A DNA stretch of 40,236 nucleotides from a virus (Duplodnaviria; Caudoviricetes). The first letter of the stretch is position 1; each line of letters begins with the position of its first letter. The notes below the pieces were generated by a model. It had not been told where the DNA came from, did no database searches, and saw nothing but the letters and a program-made list of their open reading frames with translations. The DNA lies in IMG/VR virus record IMGVR_UViG_3300033067_001247, positions 1 to 40,236 of that record. One strand, given 5' to 3'. Below are positions 26,814 through 35,101 of the stretch, one piece after another. The position numbers were made by a program, and so were the translations under genes.

Positions 26814-28262
26814 ATGTCGAGCATCCCGATTGTCCCGAACAGCGACCGCATTTCGACTGCGAGCCTGAGCGCGAGTACCGGGCCGGTCACGGTTGGCTTT
26901 CCGGTTTTCGGCGGCGCTGATGATCTGTCGGTTTTTGTGGACGGCGTGCTGATCGACGCTGCGGACTGGACGCTGACCAGCTTTTCCGGCCTCAACGTGG
27001 CGTCCGACACCCTGCCCGCTGGCGATGGCCGCGTGACCTTCGACAATGCGCAGACCGGCGATGTCGAGGTCATTGGCGAGGTCAAACCGAAGCGGCTCTC
27101 GCAGTTCACGCCTGGCGTCGGTATCGGCGCCGAGTCGTTCAACCTCACATTTTCAGTCGTCATCGCGACGCTGCGCGAACTCTACGCATGGGGCCGGGCA
27201 TCGCTGAAGCTGGCACCCGGAGATCGGGCCGCTGCGCTGCCAGATGCTGCGACGCGCGCCGGGAAGGTTCTTTCGTTCTCTGATCCAGACGGCGACCCGG
27301 AAACTACGATTCCGGTCGGGGACATCGCGAACGCGGCTGGTTACGCGAGCGCCGCCTCGACGGCTGCCAACAACGCGCAGCAGGCCGAAAGCAATATCGT
27401 CGCTTTGCTGGCTGCCGCTGACTTCACATACTACGGCAGCGGAGTCCCGAGCGATGCCTTCGGCTCCAATGGTGACGTATATGTGAACACCGCGCACGCG
27501 CGCTGGTCGGTTTACGGCCCTAAGGCTGGCGGCGCCTGGGGCAGCATCGTCGGGTATATGTTCGGAGAGGACGGCACAGGAACGGGCGATGTAAGCGCCG
27601 CATCGAACATCACAGACGCCACTCTTGTTGTAGGCGATGGTGGCGGAAAGGGTATCAAAGGCCACGCCTCGGGCGCTCCGGGTGACGCTGCTTTCAAGAA
27701 CACAGGATCGACCGCTGGCACGGTGGCGGCGGGCGATGACAGCCGCTTCACGAACGCTGCATCCACGAGCGTGGTAGGCCATGTTGAGCTTGCCGACACT
27801 TCGGAGACTTCGAACGGCACCGACACGGGCAGGGCGGTAACGCCTGATGGCCTCGCTGGCTCTATCTTCGGAGAGTTCATCGTATCGATCTTGGTTTTTG
27901 ATGATTCGCAGGACGTTGTAACCGGGGATGGAGCCGGCGACATTTTCTGGCGCATCCCGCAGACCTTGAACGGGATGGACCTGGTTCGTGTCGCCGCTCA
28001 GGTGCAGACCGCTGGCACAACAGGCACCACGGATGTTCAGGTCGCTCGTAAGCGACTTGGTGGCTCGTTTGTCGATGTGCTCACAACCAAGATCACGATT
28101 GACAGCACGGAGGTCGATACTTCGACAGCCGCAACGCCAGCAGTGATCGACACGTCGAAGGATGACGTGCAGACCGGAGATCAATTCCGCATCGACGTTG
28201 ATGCGGTTTCGACTACGAAGCCCAAGGGCCTCACGGTTGAACTTACGTTCAGGTTGCCGTGA
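26814..28262 (+). CDS. Tail fibre protein
   Basis: T7-like N-terminal anchor; AAFKNTGSTAGTVAAGDDSRF and GHVELA...RAVTP fibre repeats. Confidence 0.8.
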   Translation: MSSIPIVPNSDRISTASLSASTGPVTVGFPVFGGADDLSVFVDGVLIDAADWTLTSFSGLNVASDTLPAGDGRVTFDNAQTGDVEVIGEVKPKRLSQFTPGVGIGAESFNLTFSVVIATLRELYAWGRASLKLAPGDRAAALPDAATRAGKVLSFSDPDGDPETTIPVGDIANAAGYASAASTAANNAQQAESNIVALLAAADFTYYGSGVPSDAFGSNGDVYVNTAHARWSVYGPKAGGAWGSIVGYMFGEDGTGTGDVSAASNITDATLVVGDGGGKGIKGHASGAPGDAAFKNTGSTAGTVAAGDDSRFTNAASTSVVGHVELADTSETSNGTDTGRAVTPDGLAGSIFGEFIVSILVFDDSQDVVTGDGAGDIFWRIPQTLNGMDLVRVAAQVQTAGTTGTTDVQVARKRLGGSFVDVLTTKITIDSTEVDTSTAATPAVIDTSKDDVQTGDQFRIDVDAVSTTKPKGLTVELTFRLP

Positions 28263-29026
28263 TGGACCTCTATCAGCCGCCGAAGCCTGCAATTATTCGG
28301 GCGAGCGAGCTTCCGAAGTCACTTGCGGATCAGCGCGGCATTCAGGTTGTTCGCAATTACGCTGATCGACATGGGGTTTCGTTTGATGAAGCTGCGCAGA
28401 TAATTTTCGTCCAACGGAAGAAGAATAGCGGCACCCCCGGCATCTTCGTCGGTCAACACATCCTGACTACTGGCACGCTCAGCTTCCCGGCAGGCACGCA
28501 GGAGGGTGATCTTGTCCTCATTTGTCACAACCAGTCCACTTCTACCGGCGTGACGATCAGTGCCAGCGGGTACAATGTCGCTGCGGCAGAGACGTTGTGG
28601 GCCTCCGGGCATGGATACTATCGCACCTGTCGGTGGAAGCTGCTAACCTCGACGGATATATCTACACCCGGCACACTTTCGACCATCGGGTCTTCCGGCA
28701 TGGTGTCTCTGCAGGTGTTCCGAAACGTTACGACAGTGACGCACAAAGAACTGGCCGCGAGTTTGAGCGGGGCAACCATTCCGCTTTCCGGCTTCACTAA
28801 AGCAGTAGGTAGCAAATTCGTGGTCTCTGTTGCCTATGAGCGCGACGCCGCAAACACTCTCGCACTCTCCGGCTTCACGCTCGTGCAGGCGCCATCCAAT
28901 GGCGTCTTCACTCATGCGGCGGCTTATCTTGATTCGGCGTCCTATACGAATGGCACTGCTGTTACATGGTCTACAACAGCCGGTAACAGCTACCAACAAG
29001 GCGCCGATCTTTTCGAGATCACATAA
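28259..29026 (+). CDS. Putative receptor-binding/fibre-tip protein
   Basis: PPKPAIIR N-terminus, PAGTQEGDL, Thr/Ser-rich beta domain; less GC-biased codons. Confidence 0.6.
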   Translation: MMDLYQPPKPAIIRASELPKSLADQRGIQVVRNYADRHGVSFDEAAQIIFVQRKKNSGTPGIFVGQHILTTGTLSFPAGTQEGDLVLICHNQSTSTGVTISASGYNVAAAETLWASGHGYYRTCRWKLLTSTDISTPGTLSTIGSSGMVSLQVFRNVTTVTHKELAASLSGATIPLSGFTKAVGSKFVVSVAYERDAANTLALSGFTLVQAPSNGVFTHAAAYLDSASYTNGTAVTWSTTAGNSYQQGADLFEIT

Positions 29027-29095
29027 AAGCTAACGGCGCTTTTCGTATCCTGCGCCGATCAACATATCGGCTACAAATTCGGCGGGGCGAATAAT

Positions 29096-29122
29096 CACCC
29101 ATGAAAGCAGCTTTCATGGGTG
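29096..29122. repeat. 27-bp inverted repeat CACCCATGAAAGC-A-GCTTTCATGGGTG
   Basis: Perfect 13-bp arms. Confidence 0.9.
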
Positions 29123-29153
29123 CGTTGCTGACCGCCCGTGAAATCGGGACTTT
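29119..29153 (+). promoter_or_regulatory. GGTGCGTTG-type late promoter (lysis operon)
   Basis: TTGCTG-17-GACTTT. Confidence 0.72.
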
Positions 29154-29174
29154 GCGGCCAAAGGGGATGCCCCG

Positions 29175-29705
29175 ATGGCGCGTGCTTCGGCAGTCTGGCT
29201 ACTGACAATTTCCGCTTTTGCCGGCCTTGTGTCGTGCGCGGGTGCGGATACTCGCCTGCCTTACGTCGTTGGTGACAGCATCTGTGAGGGTATGGCGTCC
29301 GTTCATCCTGCTCCCGGCTACATCCGGCGCGGGGCGAAGACGCGCGATCTAATCGGCTGGCTCCGGGCGCTGCCCAAAGGTTCTGCTGTTGTGTTCTGCG
29401 GCAGCACCAATGACGCCGCCGAGCGCCTCCGTGGTTTTCGGCCTTCCGTCGAAACCGCGCTGGTCGTCGCGCGCGAGAACGATCTTCGCATGACATGGAT
29501 CGGCCCGGTACGCACCAAGCGGCCGTGGGATCGCTATTCGGATCAGGCCGACACCTATCTCGCGTCTCGGCTGGCCGCTACCGGCGTTCGCTACGTCTCG
29601 CTGCGAGCGGTCAAATTCGAGCGCTCCGAACTCGCTGGCGACGGCATCCATTTCACACCGAAAGGATATCGCCGTGTCGCGCGGCTCGCGGGGGTGACGC
29701 CATGA
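29175..29705 (+). CDS. Exported SGNH/GDSL esterase
   Basis: Signal-like N-terminus (possible lipobox LVSC); VVGDS, G, GSTND and DGIH blocks. Confidence 0.8.
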   Translation: MARASAVWLLTISAFAGLVSCAGADTRLPYVVGDSICEGMASVHPAPGYIRRGAKTRDLIGWLRALPKGSAVVFCGSTNDAAERLRGFRPSVETALVVARENDLRMTWIGPVRTKRPWDRYSDQADTYLASRLAATGVRYVSLRAVKFERSELAGDGIHFTPKGYRRVARLAGVTP

Positions 29706-29923
29706 AGCTGCTTTCCAACTGGCGCGAGATCGTCACGCGGGCATGGAGCATCCGGCTTATCGTCCTCGCCGGCATCCTGTCCGCGATCGAGGCGGTACTT
29801 CCCTTCATTCCGCAGCTCTACATGGTGCCGCGAGGCATGTTTGCGCTCTTTACGCTCGCAATCACGTTTGCTGCGCTCGTCGCGCGCCTCGTGGCGCAGC
29901 AATCGATCGAAGGTGACAAATGA
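29702..29923 (+). CDS. Holin
   Basis: MKLLSNWR...AWSIRL, two TM segments, ARLVAQ; precedes the lysozyme. Confidence 0.75.
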   Translation: MKLLSNWREIVTRAWSIRLIVLAGILSAIEAVLPFIPQLYMVPRGMFALFTLAITFAALVARLVAQQSIEGDK

Positions 29924-30381
29924 GCCGCTTGAAGAAAGGCGGCGCTGCCGCCGCGCTCGCGATTGCGCTGATCGGAGCGTGGGAAGGGCTTCGGCTCTAC
30001 TCTTACCGTGATGTCATCGGTGTATGGACGGCCTGTTACGGCGAGACGCTCGGCATCAGGCCGGGGATGAAATTTACGAAAGACGAATGCGACGCGATGT
30101 TCCTGCCTTCTATCCAGAAGCACGAAGCAGGGATGCGGAAGTGTCTGATTGCGCCAGACGCCATCCCGGAGAAAAGCTACGTCGCTTTTGTCTCTCTCAC
30201 CTATAACATCGGCACCGCAGGCTTCTGCCGATCATCGCTGCCGCGCCTCATCAATGCCGGAGACTTTCGAGCGGCCTGCAATCTCCTGCCTGCCTTTAAC
30301 CGGGCGGGCGGGCGCGTCGTGCAAGGCCTCGTAAACCGGCGAGCGGCCGAAAAGAAGATATGCCTTGAGGGTTTGCAATGA
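29920..30381 (+). CDS. Endolysin, GH24 lysozyme (SAR-like N-terminus)
   Basis: E-x8-D-x5-T triad (EGLRLYSYRDVIGVWT) and GLVNRR; Ala/Gly-rich N-terminal helix. Confidence 0.92.
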   Translation: MSRLKKGGAAAALAIALIGAWEGLRLYSYRDVIGVWTACYGETLGIRPGMKFTKDECDAMFLPSIQKHEAGMRKCLIAPDAIPEKSYVAFVSLTYNIGTAGFCRSSLPRLINAGDFRAACNLLPAFNRAGGRVVQGLVNRRAAEKKICLEGLQ

Positions 30382-30728
30382 TCGCGTTCCTCACAAGCTG
30401 GAAGACGTGGCTTGCCGTCGCGCTCGCATCCGGGCCGCTGCTCATCAAATTCCTTCCTGTCACCGCGCCGATCTTTGCCGTCGTGATGCAAAGCAAGGCA
30501 GGGCGCACCGTGATCTACGGCCTGCTGATTGCGGCCGTGGCCTTGCTCGTCGTCTCAGCGCTGGAATCGCGCGCCTATAACCGGGGCGCCGCCGACACCC
30601 AGCAGAAGGTTAACGACCAGAACCGGCGCGCGGTTGAACGCGCAAACGAGGCCTCTATTTCGGTCGAGGACTGCTACGATCGTGGCGGCGACTGGATCCA
30701 AGAACGCGGGGTCTGCACGCTGCCATGA
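30378..30728 (+). CDS. Rz-like inner-membrane spanin
   Basis: TM segments plus helical periplasmic region with C-terminal Cys; follows the endolysin. Confidence 0.65.
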   Translation: MIAFLTSWKTWLAVALASGPLLIKFLPVTAPIFAVVMQSKAGRTVIYGLLIAAVALLVVSALESRAYNRGAADTQQKVNDQNRRAVERANEASISVEDCYDRGGDWIQERGVCTLP

Positions 30729-30937
30729 GAATCGTCATCGCCGCAGCATTGGCTTTTGCGCTTGCCGCCTGCCAGCACACCGGCCCGGCTACCATAACCG
30801 GCGCCTGCGAGGCGTTTCCTGCGCCGAAGCACGTCATCCGCGGCGCCAACAAGCCGTCGCAGCGCTGGATCGATACCACGATCGAGCGCGGCATCGCAGT
30901 ATGCAACTGGCCGCGGCCGCGAGTGTTGAAGCCGTGA
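30725..30937 (+). CDS. Rz1-like outer-membrane lipoprotein spanin
   Basis: Lipobox LAAC. Confidence 0.72.
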   Translation: MRIVIAAALAFALAACQHTGPATITGACEAFPAPKHVIRGANKPSQRWIDTTIERGIAVCNWPRPRVLKP

Positions 30938-30968
30938 ACAAGAAGCGAGGCAAGGCGTTGAACAATCG

Positions 30969-31223
30969 ATGACACAGAATCGTCACTGGCATCTCGACCG
31001 CCGCGTTCCGCTCGCGATGATCCTGACGATTGTCCTTCAGACCGCAGGCGTCATTTGGTGGGGTTCTTCCATAAACGAGCGTGTCAATCAGCTTGAAGCA
31101 AGGGCGCTCCTTACTGCACCGCAGGGCGACCGCATTACCCGCATGGAAGTGAAGCTCGAAAGCATCGAGAAATTTATGGGTCGGATTGAGCGCTTTATCG
31201 AACAGCGTCCCACCCCGAACTGA
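30969..31223 (+). CDS. Single-TM coiled-coil protein
   Basis: WHLDRRVPLAMI...QTAGVIWW followed by a coiled coil. Confidence 0.7.
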   Translation: MTQNRHWHLDRRVPLAMILTIVLQTAGVIWWGSSINERVNQLEARALLTAPQGDRITRMEVKLESIEKFMGRIERFIEQRPTPN

Positions 31224-31226
31224 ATC

Positions 31227-31345
31227 CGCCCTTCCGGGCAGATGCGCCGCCTGACGCTTTCAGGCAAGAGGCTCCCGTAGAGTCTCTGACGTTCCTCCCT
31301 GTGAACCAACTTGAGCCGCTCCCTATCCGGGGGCGGCTCTTTTTT
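31227..31345 (+). ncRNA. Candidate SuhB/MmgR (alpha-r8)-like sRNA or structured 3' UTR
   Basis: Three hairpins, then GTTCCTCCCT (31291-31300), ACTT and a terminator. Confidence 0.5.
31313..31345 (+). terminator. Rho-independent terminator
   Basis: GAGCCGCTCCC...GGGGGCGGCTC hairpin followed by T6. Confidence 0.85.
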
Positions 31346-31419
31346 CATTTGCGCCCGAAGGCTGGATGTGCCCTTCGACCCCTTGACCAACATACGTTAT
31401 ATATATCAATAAGTCGGTG

Positions 31420-31468
31420 CTGGTTTGGGACCAGAGGGTCGCAGGTTCAAATCCTGCCGCTCCGACCA
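31420..31468 (+). other. attP core: 3' part of tRNA-Pro(UGG)
   Basis: CTGG-TTTGGGA-CCAG anticodon arm, GCAGG-TTCAAAT-CCTGC T-arm, CGCTCCG-A-CCA. The 5' half is absent; adjacent to the integrase. Confidence 0.88.
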
Positions 31469-31482
31469 ATACTTAGCCGATT

Positions 31483-31516
31483 TGTTAGTAACTCTGTTAG
31501 CAACCTTGTTAGCAAC
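31483..31516. repeat. Integrase arm-type sites, 3 x TGTTAGYAAC
   Basis: At 31483, 31495 and 31507 (12-bp period). Confidence 0.75.
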
Positions 31517-31648
31517 CCCGGTTCCCGCATCGTTCTGCCTTTTGGATAATCGCCTTGGTGATGATCCCAATAAGCAGGTTCACGTGACGCCGGATCGTCG
31601 GTGAGGCGCTCTTGATCGCAAGAAGCCGGCGGCGATGTTCTTCAAGAG

Positions 31649-32926
31649 TCACGCTGCGTTACCCTTCTTTGCTCGGAGCGCTACGCGCGCCTTGGCTACC
31701 CGGCGCGTCGGCTCGGCGCCGGGACGGACATAGATCGCTGTGGTCGTCTGAAGATCGGCGTGCTGCCCGTGTATGCGCAAGTCGTTCAGTTCCGTCTTTC
31801 CTTCCCCGGCGCTCGACATGATTGCGTTATAGCCTTCGGTGAGACCGCCGTGCCGGGCGTGCATGTTCCAGACGTTCTTCGGAACGCCTGCCTCGTCGGC
31901 CAACTCCCGAAAGAGTTCGACATAGTATCGCTTGGCGATCGGGTCGCCGTTGTCTTTCACGACCACGGCCCCGGTCCGCTCATTCTCCGGCACCGCTGCA
32001 AGCGCTTGCTGAAACAGAGGGTAGGCGGAAGTATCGTACTCTGCGCCGACTGCAGTCTTTGACCGCACCACCGAGAGACTTCCAGACGCGAAGTCTTCGA
32101 AGCGAAGTCCGGGCCGCCAAACCTTGCCGGTACGCACGATCTCGCCCGGAGTAATGTCGCGGCGTCCCTTGATCATGATCCATTCGCCGATGACATCGAT
32201 CTGGCTCATGGTGAACTCGAACTGTGCCGCAACGCCGAGGGCGACACGGGCATGCCGCTTCGTGCCCTTGGCAAGACCTTTTTTCACGATGGCTTCCGCT
32301 TGGGCAAACGTCATCGCCACACGCTGCTTTTTCGGCTGCTCGCGTTCTTCCGGGACGCGAAAGGTCACCTTTGACAGAATCGTATCCAGCCGGAAGCAAG
32401 GCTCGTAGTTGCAGAAGATGCCGTAGTTTATAAGGACCCGCATCATCTGCTGCACGCACATGCGCGCGAGCCGTTCACGCGGCGGGCCGTCAGTCCCCGG
32501 CGGCCGGCGAATGTTCTTATACATTTCGAACAGATCTTTGCCGGTCAGCCGCGCTAACACTCGCTTGCCGTTTGTGCGCTCAAGAATCCCGCAGAGATAA
32601 TCGTATGAACGCTGCGTGTTCTGCCGCAGCGATCTATAGGGGCTGTCTTTGTCGCTCTGGTAGAGTCTGATCAGCGTGCCCAGCTTGCCGTCGAACGTCA
32701 CCTTGCGGCTGATCTCTGGCTCACCGAGCCATTCCATCATTTCCTTCTGCAGTCGGCGACAATGTTCTTCGAGCGAGGCTGCCGACTCTGCGCTTCCGAG
32801 ATCGTAGAAAAGCCTGACGGTGCGCGGCGAGTAGCCGAGTTTGCGTGCACGCACGCTGCAAACCCAATAGAGTTCGACGCCACCCTTCCGCCGGACGCGC
32901 CTAAGTCCTGGCGCGTTGAGCGGCAT
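31649..32926 (-). CDS. int: Tyrosine integrase
   Basis: SKT, WNMHARHG and QH...TT..Y motifs; next to attP. ATG 32926 preferred as start. Confidence 0.88.
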   Translation of the reverse strand: MPLNAPGLRRVRRKGGVELYWVCSVRARKLGYSPRTVRLFYDLGSAESAASLEEHCRRLQKEMMEWLGEPEISRKVTFDGKLGTLIRLYQSDKDSPYRSLRQNTQRSYDYLCGILERTNGKRVLARLTGKDLFEMYKNIRRPPGTDGPPRERLARMCVQQMMRVLINYGIFCNYEPCFRLDTILSKVTFRVPEEREQPKKQRVAMTFAQAEAIVKKGLAKGTKRHARVALGVAAQFEFTMSQIDVIGEWIMIKGRRDITPGEIVRTGKVWRPGLRFEDFASGSLSVVRSKTAVGAEYDTSAYPLFQQALAAVPENERTGAVVVKDNGDPIAKRYYVELFRELADEAGVPKNVWNMHARHGGLTEGYNAIMSSAGEGKTELNDLRIHGQHADLQTTTAIYVRPGAEPTRRVAKARVALRAKKGNAA

Positions 32927-33221
32927 TTCCGTGTCCCCTACGGTTATAGGCTCTCTGGGCCTCACCACTGTAATCCGGCTCCCCATCCTCAGGTTCGGCC
33001 GTCATGGTGTATGCGCCGCGCGCGCCTTGCAAGTAAGCCTCAATTGCCGCGATGACGTGAGGCCAATAACGGCGGCCAAATAAGGGGTGCGGCTTCCTGA
33101 GCCCGTGCTTTTCCTCAAGATATTTCGCGAGCGACGGCCACTCCGAGGCGCGATCCCCGAGAACCGCCTGACCAATCTGCGTCTCGCTCGGAAAAAGAGG
33201 AAGGTCGGCTTTCTTCGCCAT
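32901..33221 (-). CDS. xis: Excisionase-like protein
   Basis: LEEKHGL..P.PLFGRRYWP.V; immediately upstream of int. Confidence 0.7.
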   Translation of the reverse strand: MAKKADLPLFPSETQIGQAVLGDRASEWPSLAKYLEEKHGLRKPHPLFGRRYWPHVIAAIEAYLQGARGAYTMTAEPEDGEPDYSGEAQRAYNRRGHGNAAQRART

Positions 33222-33521
33222 CTACCCCTCCGCCTTTGGTGAGAGGGAGCGGATGGCAGATGCCGTTTCTTCTCGCGTGGGCGTGTTATCGATCAGAACG
33301 CGACCGGATATCATTTTTCCCGGAGCTTCTGGACCCGCATCAAAATCCGTTATTCCAAGAATTTCGACCAACCGCGCCGCCCTCTCAATTCCCCGTTGCT
33401 CGGCGGCGAGAAGTGCTTCATAGATTTGCAGCACGCTTTCGTTTGATTGCCAGAGAACGCTCTGCCGTAGGTTTCTCGCGGCTTCCATGAGGTCGTTATG
33501 TATCATCTTAGCGAGCACCAT
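33222..33521 (-). CDS. Hypothetical protein
   Basis: GIERAARLVE...ASAIRSL pattern; operon packing. Confidence 0.6.
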   Translation of the reverse strand: MVLAKMIHNDLMEAARNLRQSVLWQSNESVLQIYEALLAAEQRGIERAARLVEILGITDFDAGPEAPGKMISGRVLIDNTPTREETASAIRSLSPKAEG

Positions 33522-33681
33522 TTAGTAATACGCGAAATCCGGAAGCGAGCCAAAAGATCGCAAAGAGCCACCAGAGCGATATATACTTTCCCTGAAAAAT
33601 AGACTGAGGAAGAACGCCGTTTGCATAATCGGCGCAAACTAACGCAACAATTAGATTGCCTCCAAAGCAAATAAATCTCAC
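33508..33681 (-). CDS. Small two-TM protein (57 aa, AT-rich)
   Basis: GTG start; MRFICFGGNLIVALVC...LWWLFAIFWLASGF; fills the gap. Confidence 0.45.
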   Translation of the reverse strand: MRFICFGGNLIVALVCADYANGVLPQSIFQGKYISLWWLFAIFWLASGFRVLLNGAR

Positions 33682-33951
33682 CTACCGCCCTCCCTTTGGA
33701 TGCGTGGGGGCGGACGCGAGCATGGCTTTGTAGGCGTGGTAAGCGCCCCATCCATGCAAGCTAAGACGCAACTCGCCGACGAGCGGTAACTCGCCCCGCA
33801 ATGCTTCTGCGCCTGCCTCGCACATCTCCTTTGTGGGTTCGCTTGGTTTCAGCGCCCAACCCTCCTGCGCTACGGGGAGAAGGTAGTTTTGGTGCAGCGA
33901 CACAATCATGGGTGCTTGCGTCGTCATGGGCGTCGTCCAGACAGTTTCCAC
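33682..33951 (-). CDS. Hypothetical protein
   Basis: GW.L.P.EPTKEM..AG...YKAMLASAP phage motif. Confidence 0.7.
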   Translation of the reverse strand: METVWTTPMTTQAPMIVSLHQNYLLPVAQEGWALKPSEPTKEMCEAGAEALRGELPLVGELRLSLHGWGAYHAYKAMLASAPTHPKGGR

Positions 33952-34121
33952 AGAGGCTGAAAACCTCGCTCGTCGCCCCTAGAATCCGCTGTAGGTTCGT
34001 CGCACTCAAACCCACAATTGTTGCAGGTGTAGCGAAGAGCTTCGCCACCAAATCTAAATTTGACGTATCTCGGTCCAGAAATATTGATGGCTCTGCATTT
34101 GGGGCAGCTAATCATCTTCAT
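33924..34121 (-). CDS. Zinc-ribbon protein
   Basis: CPKC...CNNCG. Confidence 0.55.
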   Translation of the reverse strand: MKMISCPKCRAINISGPRYVKFRFGGEALRYTCNNCGFECDEPTADSRGDERGFQPLWKLSGRRP

Positions 34122-34561
34122 TCACCTTCTAGTAGAGCGCGGGCGCGGTCAGCCCTAGCGACATCGAGTTGCCGCAAGATCAGATCGGAATTTATTTGCT
34201 GAATAGTCTCTGAATCCTCTGGGTCCATGCTTTCTCCGGCCGCATCCCGATAGAACTCAAAACAATCGAGCACGAGCGACAAGTCGTTGTCTCGTTGCTC
34301 CAATGCCTCTCGCATCCTCTCGTTATCCGCTTCCAATTCCTTGATGCGGTCGAGAAGGTAAAGTACGGTTTGGGGATTGGCGGCGGCATAGAAGCGCGCG
34401 TCATCTTCCGTCCATGTGCGACAAGTCTCTTGGCCTGTGACAAGTGAGATAACGCCATAATCAACACAGTCTGCCGGTATCCCGCGAACAAGTCGCGCGT
34501 CGTAAGGGCCCGGAGTCGCCGCTTCCGCCAGCCTGCGCAGTTCTTCTAGGTCTGGTTTCAC
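34118..34561 (-). CDS. Ead/Ea22-like protein
   Basis: LRRLAEAATPGP...DARFYAAANPQTVLYLLD. Confidence 0.78.
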   Translation of the reverse strand: MKPDLEELRRLAEAATPGPYDARLVRGIPADCVDYGVISLVTGQETCRTWTEDDARFYAAANPQTVLYLLDRIKELEADNERMREALEQRDNDLSLVLDCFEFYRDAAGESMDPEDSETIQQINSDLILRQLDVARADRARALLEGE

Positions 34562-34863
34562 TTCGCGCCTCCTTGACGAGGCCGATCCTCGAACTCGCGT
34601 TTGATGCTTTGAACAATTTCATAATCTGAAAGGGTTCGACCGTCCGGTATTTCGAGATAGGGACCGTCTTGCGCTCGCACATCTTCGATGAAGTTCAGGT
34701 GCGAGAACGCAACGTAGGTTGTCGTGGCGACCAAAACGAAACCAAGACATTGCTTATACATGTAATAACGCTTCCGCCTTGCGCCGGTGAAGTGAAACAC
34801 CTTCACAATGTCGCCACGTTCGATGGGGATGCCTCGCTTGTCGTAAAGCGCTTTCTCAATCAT
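34558..34863 (-). CDS. Hypothetical protein (YopX-like start)
   Basis: DKRGIPIERGDIVKVFHF. Confidence 0.65.
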   Translation of the reverse strand: MIEKALYDKRGIPIERGDIVKVFHFTGARRKRYYMYKQCLGFVLVATTTYVAFSHLNFIEDVRAQDGPYLEIPDGRTLSDYEIVQSIKREFEDRPRQGGAK

Positions 34864-35101
34864 TTGCGCCTCCTTGAAGGGCAGAGCGGCCGGAAGGGGT
34901 GACTGTCACAAGATTGTATTCGATGCCGCGAGCAGAAGTCGGTCCAAGAAGCTGCACAAATCCTAGGTCGAGTAATTCATCGAACGTGCGGCCTTTGCAG
35001 GAGCCGTATGGCGTGAAGTCTCCTTCGATCAACTTCGTCAGAAGAAAGCGGTGATTTTCGTTCAGCTTCACCTTGTCGGGCGTCTTGGCTTCACCGGACA
35101 T
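34856..35101 (-). CDS. Hypothetical protein (winged-helix-like)
   Basis: LLDLGFV...VTPSGRSAL; ATG at 35101. Confidence 0.55.
   Translation of the reverse strand: MSGEAKTPDKVKLNENHRFLLTKLIEGDFTPYGSCKGRTFDELLDLGFVQLLGPTSARGIEYNLVTVTPSGRSALQGGAND

Noticed and set aside
26814-29026. BPP-1-like diversity-generating retroelement acting on the fibre
   Set aside because: No reverse transcriptase and no template/variable repeat pair seen.
31420-31468. Functional tRNA-Pro gene
   Set aside because: The D-arm and 5' acceptor strand are missing; better explained as the attP core.
31509-31652. 47-aa minus-strand ORF coupled to the int stop
   Set aside because: Has a GTGA overlap but no motif and runs into the att arm sites; support is insufficient.
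1055-32926. Lambda-like control combined with a podovirus virion as a novelty
   Set aside because: Already known from temperate podoviruses such as epsilon15 and BPP-1.
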